DNA from: a virus | Taxonomy: Duplodnaviria; Caudoviricetes | DNA length: 41,850 nucleotides | Virus record (IMG/VR): IMGVR_UViG_3300033067_001517 | Span: 1 to 41,850 of that record | Reading direction: 5' to 3' (one strand) | Shown: piece by piece, positions 28,536 to 36,172 of the stretch | Layout of the letters: every line of letters begins with the position of its first letter | How positions within the stretch are numbered: the first letter of the stretch is position 1 | Translations under genes and position numbers: made by a program | Notes under the pieces: generated by a model | The model's database searches: none | What the model was told of the DNA's origin: nothing | Seen by the model: the letters and a program-made list of their open reading frames with translations, nothing else

Positions 28536-28567
28536 ACCGGCCGCACCTTGCGCGCCGGTTTTTTTCT
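28536..28567 (+). terminator. Intrinsic terminator
   Basis: ACCGGC(C)GC-loop-GCGCCGGT followed by T run. Confidence 0.6.
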
Positions 28568-28784
28568 GTCTAGCGGTAAGTGGTTGAACCATCGAACCGT
28601 TGGACATGTAGTGGTTGAACCACTAGCGTGGTCACCGGACCATGACAGCGCGCAGTGTAATCCTGGAAGTGCAACTATGGGGCGACGATTACAGTGCCAA
28701 GTGTCACGGTTGTAAGCAGCGATTCCCATACCATCTTTCCAGCCCCGCGCAACGTAAAGTTTTGTAAAGGAGCACTGCGTCATG

Positions 28785-29030
28785 TGCAACTACCATGCCA
28801 GACGCATCGCGTCATAGCTAGCAACATACGTGCCAGCCCATAGCTGGCATAGCTGTTGCCGACCCTTGTTTTTACGGCATATCATATACCGTGCCATAGC
28901 TTGGTATGGAATATGCCCGGCAAAAGGCGTGCCAACCTAGCACGGCAAGTACCATGCCATGACGCAGCGCAGCGTTGGCATGGGGTGGCCAGCCCCCGGG
29001 GGCGTTAGCCCCCATGGCACGGGTCTTGCA
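28785..29030. promoter_or_regulatory. Array of sigma-54 (-24/-12) consensus motifs in both orientations
   Basis: Six exact TGGCAY-N5-TTGC: minus 28786-28800, 28821-28835, 28920-28934, 28945-28959; plus 28845-28859, 29015-29029; two near-matches at 28882-28896 and 28902-28916. Confidence 0.75.
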
Positions 29031-29125
29031 GGGGGGCAGGGGGGGCCCAATATGCCCGTGAAATACCAAAGCAAAAAGGCCATCCCACATCGTGGGACAG
29101 CCTATTACACCAGAACTAAGTGAGC

Positions 29126-29332
29126 TTACAAGGAAGTATGTACGAAAAACCAGCGCCTGCCGTCGCTGGACACAACCGTCTCACACGTTGCAATGGGGTC
29201 CTTCTGCCTCGCAACACACTCGCCCTTACGTTTAAGCACAAGGTCCATCTTGCCCTCCTCACACGTCGCATACGAGCCTGAACTGTCTGACATCATTAGC
29301 AAAACGCAGATTAGATACGTCAACTTCCACAC
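29126..29332 (-). CDS. Small secreted/membrane protein
   Basis: GAAAGG RBS, GTG start, hydrophobic N-terminus, three downstream Cys. Confidence 0.45.
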   Translation of the reverse strand: MWKLTYLICVLLMMSDSSGSYATCEEGKMDLVLKRKGECVARQKDPIATCETVVSSDGRRWFFVHTSL

Positions 29333-29392
29333 AACCTTTCAGAGTTATATCCGTGTCCTCGGAAGCCTCGGACTCCCTACCTTTTAGCTCTC

Positions 29393-29566
29393 TCAGTACA
29401 TGGTACGCTGCCACCCGGTTCTGGGCTCATCCTTGCGCAACTCCCTGAGAATGTCCTCTGCCAGTAGGCCGTGAGGCCTACCTTCAGGAGTGACCAGCCC
29501 TAGGTACTTGGCAAGCCTGAGCAAGTGCTCGTACTTGCAGCGCATTAGCCTGTTTCTAGTCAGCAA
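29393..29566 (-). CDS. Small hypothetical protein (MLTRNRLMRCKYEHLLRLAKYLGL..., 57 aa; not in ORF track)
   Basis: GAGG before TTG; overlaps stop of 29560-29829. Confidence 0.4.
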   Translation of the reverse strand: MLTRNRLMRCKYEHLLRLAKYLGLVTPEGRPHGLLAEDILRELRKDEPRTGWQRTMY

Positions 29567-29829
29567 TGGCTGACCTCATGAGCCGTCAACGGAGCACATG
29601 TGCATCTTTTCTGGGGAGGCCTGCACGTCTCACACGGGACACGCCCAACCTTGCGTAGCCCATCCGGAGATGCCACGTCACGCATTAGCTTGCGCCTAAC
29701 TGGCGGTAACACATCACCAATCTTCACACCTTCAGGTGTGGCCGGTGGATGCCTAACGATGCTGCCAGGTTCCCACTTGTGAAGTTCTTCGATGCGATTG
29801 AACGGTTCACTGCCAGTCTTAGGCTTCAA
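29560..29829 (-). CDS. Hypothetical protein with Cys-rich C-terminus
   Basis: AAGGA RBS, TTG start, CETC...CTC. Confidence 0.45.
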   Translation of the reverse strand: MKPKTGSEPFNRIEELHKWEPGSIVRHPPATPEGVKIGDVLPPVRRKLMRDVASPDGLRKVGRVPCETCRPPQKRCTCAPLTAHEVSHC

Positions 29830-29951
29830 GATAGAACTATCCTTAAGTTAGAGTTTTGAAAGCTCAAGCTCCGACAGGTCTAGTTGGCGGGCCCGCTTCG
29901 GGGCCCAGGTCAGGTCTAGATAGACACTGCTGGTTGCTTGTTGTGAGAGAC

Positions 29952-29980
29952 ATTGTCTGTCTCTTTTGGTCTCTTGTAAA
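29952..29980 (-). promoter_or_regulatory. Putative sigma-70 promoter (leftward)
   Basis: TTTACA-N17-GACAAT on minus strand. Confidence 0.45.
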
Positions 29981-30004
29981 GCACAATCGTACAATGCAAT
30001 AACC

Positions 30005-30033
30005 TTGCCATCATCTATGTGACTGGTTATAGA
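30005..30033 (+). promoter_or_regulatory. Putative sigma-70 promoter (rightward)
   Basis: TTGCCA-N17-TATAGA, 9 nt before ATG 30043. Confidence 0.5.
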
Positions 30034-30042
30034 TATTCACAC

Positions 30043-30714
30043 ATGAAGGATGAAAAGACACTGTCACCTGAGGCAGAAGCCGGAGAGAAGCTTTCTGGTG
30101 GCTTCATCGAAGCTGATAAACGTAGGGCTCCGGCTGCCCATACGCCACGCGCTGAGGAGCTTTCTCCTGCGGTACTACCTCACCCTCGCCCGTGGACAAA
30201 GCTGCCACGTGTAAGGAAGACTAAGATTTCGCTCATGGGTATCGGCCGTGCCATTCTGGACAAGGCCGACCCGCGCTACAAGCGCGCACTTCTACTTGCA
30301 AACTCATACAGGAAGGTTAGGGCCGCAGAGCTGGCCACAATGCATGGCTATGTCAGTTCAGGAGCTTCAGCTCTACTTAGTTCAGCTAGCCTGGCCCTTG
30401 CCGCTAGCCGATTCCTTTACGAGAAGGTTGCTGAAGGAGGTGACATTACTCTCCTCAAGCAAGCCGCAGCCCTTGGCGATAGTGCTCGCCAGAGCGAGCT
30501 TGCGGCCTGGGAAATGTCCGCCAGGGAAGGTGCCGCCAAGCGGAAGCTAGACGCGGGCAGGGAGATTGCTCCATGGCTGAAGGATGAGACGAAGCAGAAG
30601 CCTGGGAGGAAAACGAATGAGCAGCGGGCAGAGCTAGCTCTCTCAGCTCCACCCACAGTGTCGCAGGGAACAATCACCATCGATGAGGTTCTCAACATCA
30701 AGGGTAAGGAGTAG
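30043..30714 (+). CDS. Helical protein, candidate terminase small subunit
   Basis: First gene of the operon leading to terminase large; function inferred from position only. Confidence 0.35.
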   Translation: MKDEKTLSPEAEAGEKLSGGFIEADKRRAPAAHTPRAEELSPAVLPHPRPWTKLPRVRKTKISLMGIGRAILDKADPRYKRALLLANSYRKVRAAELATMHGYVSSGASALLSSASLALAASRFLYEKVAEGGDITLLKQAAALGDSARQSELAAWEMSAREGAAKRKLDAGREIAPWLKDETKQKPGRKTNEQRAELALSAPPTVSQGTITIDEVLNIKGKE

Positions 30715-30723
30715 GATAGTCCC

Positions 30724-31485
30724 ATGGCTGACAGCATCGCAGAATTCGCACGCAAGGTAATGGAAGCTCTTGGTGGCAGTAAGGCGCCTCCGAAGCGTGA
30801 GCCCAGGAAGGCGGAGGTAATTGAGCCCACAACTGCCAGAACGCTGGAGGTTGCACTCACCAAGCCGGAGTACGGCCACCAGTACGACGCGTCTGGCAAA
30901 GACATGGGCATCGCGCGTGAGCTTGATGCGCCCAGGACCGCACCGTACAAGGCTGGTGACACCATGTCTGGTCCGCGTGGCAAGGCAGACGTTGCGGGCG
31001 GAAGGGCCGCCCAGACGGTCCATGAGAGACCCACCGTTGTTGGACCTGCGCGTGACGATGTGAAGTACATGCCTGCGCCTCCCACCGGCATGCAGAAGAC
31101 CGGCTCTGACGTTGCTCAGCCCATGGAGCGCCAGCCTGGGGACTATATGGGACGTGCGGGTGAGGCCATCGCCAACCGAATCAGGTCAGCCACCGGCATC
31201 CGTGAGCGGACCCCTGAGGAGAAGGCTGCCAACTCCAGGTACATCCCGGACTCGTCCGACGAAGCCATCGCCAAGCGCACGGCGAACATCCCTGGCCGTG
31301 AGAAGCTTCAGGCCATGGCAGACTACCTTGCCCGCAAGCAGGCGGGCATTGAGACGCCCACTGCGCCCAAGGAGGGTAGCTACGAGTGGGAGGTTGAGCA
31401 GAGCAATAAGCGCCGGGAGGAGGCTGAGATGAAGCGTAACCTCATCCGGCAGAAGATGGCGGAGGACGCCAAAGCGGTGAAGTAA
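30724..31485 (+). CDS. Hypothetical protein (253 aa)
   Basis: AGGA RBS; coding-like codon bias. Confidence 0.6.
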   Translation: MADSIAEFARKVMEALGGSKAPPKREPRKAEVIEPTTARTLEVALTKPEYGHQYDASGKDMGIARELDAPRTAPYKAGDTMSGPRGKADVAGGRAAQTVHERPTVVGPARDDVKYMPAPPTGMQKTGSDVAQPMERQPGDYMGRAGEAIANRIRSATGIRERTPEEKAANSRYIPDSSDEAIAKRTANIPGREKLQAMADYLARKQAGIETPTAPKEGSYEWEVEQSNKRREEAEMKRNLIRQKMAEDAKAVK

Positions 31486-31757
31486 TGCCCATTTGTGCAG
31501 ATTGCGGCGGTCCAGGGGCTTGCGTTTGTACAGAAGATGACCAACTTGACCAAGGGGTTGGAGAATGGTACCACCCCCTCTGCTATGCAAGGCAGCCGGT
31601 CAATTACAGGGAGACCCTAAGTGGAAATCAAAGACGTAACAGAGGCCATGCGGGCCATGGAGTATCTGGCCAAGCGAGAGCTTCTCTGCGAAAGCTGCGT
31701 GTGGAACCTCGCAGAAATGCGCAACCAGTTCCACGTAAAGTGCGCCGCATGCTCTAA
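31485..31757 (+). CDS. Hypothetical Cys-rich protein
   Basis: TAATG-coupled; CADC...CVC...HPLC; 3' half overlaps next ORF. Confidence 0.4.
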   Translation: MPICADCGGPGACVCTEDDQLDQGVGEWYHPLCYARQPVNYRETLSGNQRRNRGHAGHGVSGQARASLRKLRVEPRRNAQPVPRKVRRML

Positions 31758-31887
31758 GGACTTCCGTGGTGAATGCGTAAAGGTAAAGACCAATGAGTTT
31801 GAGAGAAGGCTATGCGCCGCACTACACGCCTGGTTCGCCAAAGAAGAGGGCGTACCGGAAGCAGAAGACGCTTCGTCAAAGGTTTGA
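31621..31887 (+). CDS. Hypothetical zinc-binding protein
   Basis: GGGAG RBS, GTG start; CESC and CAAC. Confidence 0.5.
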   Translation: MEIKDVTEAMRAMEYLAKRELLCESCVWNLAEMRNQFHVKCAACSKDFRGECVKVKTNEFERRLCAALHAWFAKEEGVPEAEDASSKV

Positions 31888-32167
31888 TGAGAAGGTCTAC
31901 ATTTCTGAAAATGGTTGCCACTTATGGATGGCGGCAACAAACGGACGCGGCTACGGTGTGATTGGATTTGGTGGCCAGGGCAAGGTTGTTTTGGCGACTC
32001 ACGCAGCATTCTTTTTGAGACACGGAGAGTGGCCAATGAAGTTCGTTCTGCACTCATGCGACAACCCGTCTTGCGTCAACCATGAGCATCTACGACAGGG
32101 TACGGCCAAGGAAAACACAGCAGACATGCTGTCACGCGGAAGACAAAGGAAGCCACGATGTCACTGA
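31793..32167 (+). CDS. HNH endonuclease
   Basis: GCHLW...GYG...VLHSCDNPSCVNHEHLRQGTAKENTADM. Confidence 0.85.
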   Translation: MSLREGYAPHYTPGSPKKRAYRKQKTLRQRFDEKVYISENGCHLWMAATNGRGYGVIGFGGQGKVVLATHAAFFLRHGEWPMKFVLHSCDNPSCVNHEHLRQGTAKENTADMLSRGRQRKPRCH

Positions 32168-32634
32168 GCGATGTCTATGCGACGCTCTCCACCGATGGTT
32201 CGACGCGAATCATTCTCACACACCGCCCTACACAGGTGGCGCTTCAGGACCTGCTTCTGATTCGGGCAACTCCTGAGCATCGCAACTTCATCCTTGGAAC
32301 GTGGGTAAAGTCCTACCGACCACACGCCCGAAAGCAGGGCATTGGAGAGTTCTATGACAAGCACGAAGGAGACGTTGCGGAAAGCCGCTGGCAGGATTGC
32401 TGGGTGGCTTCTGACGAAGATGGCTTCACGGTATATGCCTGGGTATGTGCCGAAGGCCGGAACCTATTCCACGTCTACGTCATCCCTGAGCTACGACGAA
32501 AGGGCGTTTCTAGAGCCCTCATTCAGTTTTCTACCGGGCAAGCCCATCCAGATATGGCCCGCCCTTGGCCCTTCACCAGTGCAAAACTAGGACGGGTTGA
32601 CCCGTACCTACTTCACAAGCGCATCGCGCACTGA
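32158..32634 (+). CDS. GNAT-like acetyltransferase
   Basis: HVYVIPELRRKGVSRALI acetyl-CoA-binding motif A. Confidence 0.6.
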   Translation: MSLSDVYATLSTDGSTRIILTHRPTQVALQDLLLIRATPEHRNFILGTWVKSYRPHARKQGIGEFYDKHEGDVAESRWQDCWVASDEDGFTVYAWVCAEGRNLFHVYVIPELRRKGVSRALIQFSTGQAHPDMARPWPFTSAKLGRVDPYLLHKRIAH

Positions 32635-32650
32635 AAGAAAGAATCACACA

Positions 32651-32869
32651 ATGCTTGAGCTTCGTTCCATCACCCTCACCACCGCGCAGACCGTCTTCGG
32701 AAAGCACGGCACGCAGCTGTCTTCCTCCATGGAGGACCTGACGCTGGCGTACGACAACAAGAAGGTTACCGTCACCAGCCGGAACTTCCCTGGCAAGCAG
32801 GAGTGGATTCTCCCTCCGCTCATCGGCAAGATGGTCTGGGTTGACCCCGACCTGGAGGAGCGGCTGTAA
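32651..32869 (+). CDS. Hypothetical protein
   Basis: ATG after A-rich leader; TAATG-coupled. Confidence 0.5.
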   Translation: MLELRSITLTTAQTVFGKHGTQLSSSMEDLTLAYDNKKVTVTSRNFPGKQEWILPPLIGKMVWVDPDLEERL

Positions 32870-33111
32870 TGCTTGGCGATGAGATTCCTCGCTGCAAGGA
32901 ACTTGATTCGGAAACGCGTGATGCTGCCAACCGTGCGGTAAAGGAGGCCCTTGCTGCGTTTGCCGTCCAGCCCTGGTACTGGACGGCGTATGCCAGGGCC
33001 AGGTTTGCCATCTACTGGGCCACGTACTGGGTTCGCATGCAGATTGGCGCACATCTGGTGTACCGATTCGGGTGCGATGGGCGCAAGACCTTCCGGAGGC
33101 TTGGACTATGA
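32869..33111 (+). CDS. Hypothetical protein (aromatic-rich)
   Basis: Coupled on both sides. Confidence 0.5.
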   Translation: MLGDEIPRCKELDSETRDAANRAVKEALAAFAVQPWYWTAYARARFAIYWATYWVRMQIGAHLVYRFGCDGRKTFRRLGL

Positions 33112-33359
33112 GGCGCAGCACAGAGCTTTCAACCTACAACCGGGCCGTAGCGTTCAGCAAGCAGGTTGACGGTGAGGCACTGACCAAGTCGGCCCTGGCC
33201 GCACTGGCCCAGAACGAGGCGCAGATGCTTTATCTGTTTTCTCGCTGGGCAGGAGCCACCGACGTGGGATACACTATGCATGGATGCAAGAAGAGCGGAG
33301 ACGCGTTCAAGCTGCCTACCAGAGAACAGGTTGACTTCGCCCTGAGGTTCATGAAATGA
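33108..33359 (+). CDS. Hypothetical protein
   Basis: GGAGG RBS, ATGA coupling. Confidence 0.5.
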   Translation: MRRSTELSTYNRAVAFSKQVDGEALTKSALAALAQNEAQMLYLFSRWAGATDVGYTMHGCKKSGDAFKLPTREQVDFALRFMK

Positions 33360-33700
33360 GCGGCAACGGTATCCACGATAAAAAGCTACTTGACGCTGTC
33401 CGAGGAAAGGCGTGGGAGAACAGGAACGGCCTGTACACTCCGCGTACAGAAGGTGACCTGAAGAACCAGAATTGGCCTGTTTGCGGTACGTGTCACCGAG
33501 ACGTTGATGCTGTTGAACTGAAGAACGCCAACAGCTTTAGCGTTGAATTGTGGGCTTCTTGCCACGGGAAGGAAGACTGGTACACCATCAAGTTTCCGTA
33601 TCGAATCGAAGGGGACTTCAACAAGGACGAGCACGCGATGGATTCTGTTCGTTCTGCGATGAGGGCCTTTACACCGTTCCAGGTAAGCATTACATTGTAG
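33356..33700 (+). CDS. Hypothetical protein (CGTC...SCHG)
   Basis: ATGA coupling, GAGG RBS. Confidence 0.55.
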   Translation: MSGNGIHDKKLLDAVRGKAWENRNGLYTPRTEGDLKNQNWPVCGTCHRDVDAVELKNANSFSVELWASCHGKEDWYTIKFPYRIEGDFNKDEHAMDSVRSAMRAFTPFQVSITL

Positions 33701-33778
33701 ATGAGAGGCTTGTACTTCTCCAGTATGTGAAGGCTTACTAACTTCACCGTGTGCGCATAAACGTTACAGTGCGGCAAA

Positions 33779-33851
33779 CCCACAATACCCCAATGGCAGA
33801 GGGAGCCGGCTTAGAACCGGCAAAGTGAAGGTTCAAATCCTTCTTGTGGGA
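33779..33851 (+). tRNA. tRNA-Leu(TAG), short variable loop
   Basis: Acceptor CCCACAA/TTGTGGG; anticodon arm GCCGG-CTTAGAA-CCGGC; T arm GAAGG-TTCAAAT-CCTTC; no encoded CCA. Confidence 0.85.
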
Positions 33852-33853
33852 CG

Positions 33854-33926
33854 AGGGGCAAACAGGGGTTCGATTCCCTTACTGGCGACAAATGACGCTG
33901 GTTCATCTAGTGGTAGGATGTGCTCC
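33854..33926 (+). other. tRNA-Glu-like 3' half followed by 5' half (permuted order, no anticodon)
   Basis: GGGCA-AAC-AGGGG-TTCGATT-CCCTT-ACTGGCG, 8-nt linker, then CGCTGGT-TC-ATCT-AGTGGTA-GGAT-G-TGCTC. Confidence 0.6.
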
Positions 33927-33931
33927 ATTTA

Positions 33932-34003
33932 TGCGAGAGGGCGGCAAGGTGTCGTTCCGGCCTCATAAGCCGGCTAAGGTGAGTTCGACTCTCACTCTCG
34001 CAA
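33932..34003 (+). tRNA. tRNA with CAT anticodon (Met; fMet/Ile2 identity not resolved)
   Basis: Acceptor TGCGAGA/TCTCGCA; CCGGC-CTCATAA-GCCGG; GTGAG-TTCGACT-CTCAC. Confidence 0.8.
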
Positions 34004-34006
34004 CGA

Positions 34007-34180
34007 ATGAAAGAGAAGCACGCATTGATTGGTTCCATTGTCTTTGCCTTCGCGGCAATCGTCCTCGTCGCTTGCTCTGGCGACGTTACCGTTCACGGTA
34101 TTCCTGAGAGCATTGAGCTTGAGACACCAATTTGCTTCCCCACAAAGGACGCTGGGCCTCAGGACGCAAGGGGCCAGTAG
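34007..34180 (+). CDS. 57-aa lipoprotein (MKEKHALIGSIVFAFAAIVLVAC...; not in ORF track)
   Basis: Basic N-terminus, hydrophobic core, LVAC lipobox; fills the gap between two tRNAs. Confidence 0.6.
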   Translation: MKEKHALIGSIVFAFAAIVLVACSGDVTVHGIPESIELETPICFPTKDAGPQDARGQ

Positions 34181-34187
34181 GCCCACT

Positions 34188-34269
34188 GTCGGTCACGGGC
34201 ATGGCGCCTAACCTGGCTGTAAACCAGGGGCCCCTTATGGGGTACATGGTTCGATTCCATGGGTCGGCA
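34188..34269 (+). tRNA. tRNA-Tyr(GTA), long variable arm
   Basis: CCTGG-CTGTAAA-CCAGG; variable CCCC-TTAT-GGGG; CATGG-TTCGATT-CCATG; acceptor with three G-U pairs. Confidence 0.75.
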
Positions 34270-34338
34270 CTGAATTTCGTAGCTGACCCCATCTTCAGGA
34301 TGTAGGCTTAGTCGGCGCTTTTCTGGTATGGTACGTGC

Positions 34339-35967
34339 ATGGCACGACCTATCGAATTCTGGGAGTTCTGTGAAGTTGTTCTCAAGCTCAAGCTTACGCT
34401 CGGTCAGCGCGTGGTTGCGAAGGTTGCTTTTGGCGACTACGACCCCAGAGACCTTGAGGGAGCAGAGTACGATATTGCCCTACTCCTATTCGGCGGGCTT
34501 GAGACTGTACCTGCCGGGGCGAAGCGCTTCGTTTGCCTTCGCCTGGGGCGAGGGTCTGGCAAAACCACGCTTTGTTCGGCCTATGCCGTCTATTGCGCCG
34601 TCTGCCAGCCCGTCAAGGTAGGCCCAGGCGATACGCCATATGTCATCACCATCGCCCCCGATAAGGACACCGCGAAGCTATCGATTTCGATGGCGCGTGA
34701 AATGATTCGTGGCCAACCTGCTCTTGAAAGGCTGATTGTGAGCGATGAGAAAACGTCTATCACCCTACGTCGTCCTGACGGTCAACAGGTAAAGATTGAA
34801 GCGTTCGCCGCATCGCGCGGCGGGTCTTCTGTACGAGGACGAACGATTCTGGCTTTCCTACTGGACGAAGCGGAGTTTTTCACTTCCAACGCAGACGGTG
34901 ACGGCAAGAGCTACTCGGTCAATGATATTGACCTTTTCAGGGCCCTCAAGCCACGCCTCGTCCGTAACGGCAAAGGGATGCTTGTTTCTACCCCTTGGCC
35001 AGTGGAAACTCTCATGGGCGCGATGTTTGAGCGCAATTGGGGGAAACCGACCGACGCTGTCGCCGTCAAGGCGCCCACGCTCCTTGTCCGTGGCGACGAC
35101 CCGGATGTTGCTGCGAACGTTGCCGACGAGTACCTAAAGGACCCCGAAAATGCACGAAGAGAATACGACTGTGAAATCGACGGTCTCCTGGGTGAAGGGT
35201 TTTTTGACGCTGGAGCGCTATCAGATTCGGTCGTTCAAGCCATATACCCGGGTAAATATAATCCGCTTTGGCCCACCGCGGCTGCAGTTGACCTTGGCTT
35301 CAAGCACGATTCCAGCACTCTCGCTATCGTTCAGTTTGACGGCAGGAAGTACCATACTGTTCTACTCATGGAAAAGCGACCCAGGGCAGGCCAGCCGCTA
35401 AAGCCGTCAGAGGTCATCAAGGACTTCGCCCAGGCCGCCAAGCGCTACGGGTGTGGCTCCGTCATTTCAGACGGCCATTACCGAGAAGCAGTGCGGGAAC
35501 ACCTGGCAGCTGAAAACCTAGGCCTGATTGATGCTCCTGAGGGCATGAAGGGCAAGCAGGACACGTTTTCACGTGTGCGCAGCGTCCTACATGAGGGCAA
35601 CGTGGTTCTTCCAGAATCTGACCTCACTACCAGGCTTCTCTCTCAGGCGAAGATGGTGACTGCCAAGCCCTCCCCTGGAGGCGGTCTGTCCATCAAGATT
35701 CCGCGCAAGATTGGCCTAGGCCACGGAGACCTTGTGTCAGCCTGGGTTCTGGCCGTTCACAAGCTAGCCTACGGCTCTCCGCGCCAGGAGAAGATTGTGG
35801 CCGAGCCTGGCACCCCTGAGTGGAATGCCGAATTCAACCGGAGAATCGCCGTCTATGAGGCCAAACTGAACGAGAAGGCCTTGAAAGCGTCCGAGAAGGC
35901 CGTACTGTCTTCCATGAATGGAAAACGAAAACACCAGCTCGGAATCTCTCCCAAGCGACGAGCTTAG
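34339..35967 (+). CDS. terL: Terminase large subunit
   Basis: RLGRGSGKT Walker A, FLLDEAEF Walker B, LVSTP coupling motif, AVDLG..DS and GHGDLV nuclease motifs. Confidence 0.9.
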   Translation: MARPIEFWEFCEVVLKLKLTLGQRVVAKVAFGDYDPRDLEGAEYDIALLLFGGLETVPAGAKRFVCLRLGRGSGKTTLCSAYAVYCAVCQPVKVGPGDTPYVITIAPDKDTAKLSISMAREMIRGQPALERLIVSDEKTSITLRRPDGQQVKIEAFAASRGGSSVRGRTILAFLLDEAEFFTSNADGDGKSYSVNDIDLFRALKPRLVRNGKGMLVSTPWPVETLMGAMFERNWGKPTDAVAVKAPTLLVRGDDPDVAANVADEYLKDPENARREYDCEIDGLLGEGFFDAGALSDSVVQAIYPGKYNPLWPTAAAVDLGFKHDSSTLAIVQFDGRKYHTVLLMEKRPRAGQPLKPSEVIKDFAQAAKRYGCGSVISDGHYREAVREHLAAENLGLIDAPEGMKGKQDTFSRVRSVLHEGNVVLPESDLTTRLLSQAKMVTAKPSPGGGLSIKIPRKIGLGHGDLVSAWVLAVHKLAYGSPRQEKIVAEPGTPEWNAEFNRRIAVYEAKLNEKALKASEKAVLSSMNGKRKHQLGISPKRRA

Positions 35968-36163
35968 GCCCATTGTTGAGAGGATGCGACGTGCTGCCTG
36001 GGCTGAGGCCCAGGTAAACAGGGCCATTCTGGAGCATTTCCGCAGCATTCAGCTGGTTCTTAGGGACCGTGTTCAGAGGTGCGACAAGATGCTATCCATG
36101 CTAGACGCGCTTTCTGTACCACCAGCTGGCACGGAAGTTGAAGAAAGCGAGATACCGTGGTAA
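35918..36163 (+). CDS. Hypothetical protein
   Basis: 81 aa ORF between terminase and portal. Confidence 0.45.
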   Translation: MENENTSSESLPSDELRPIVERMRRAAWAEAQVNRAILEHFRSIQLVLRDRVQRCDKMLSMLDALSVPPAGTEVEESEIPW

Positions 36164-36172
36164 GCATTGTGA

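Noticed and set aside
28785-29030. CRISPR or mini-array interpretation of the repeated motifs
   Set aside because: Short gapped motifs in mixed orientation with irregular spacing; no constant repeat-spacer structure and no cas operon
33779-33851. Suppressor tRNA / stop-codon recoding
   Set aside because: Anticodon TAG reads CTA (Leu), not amber; genes are intact under the standard code and TAG is used as a normal stop
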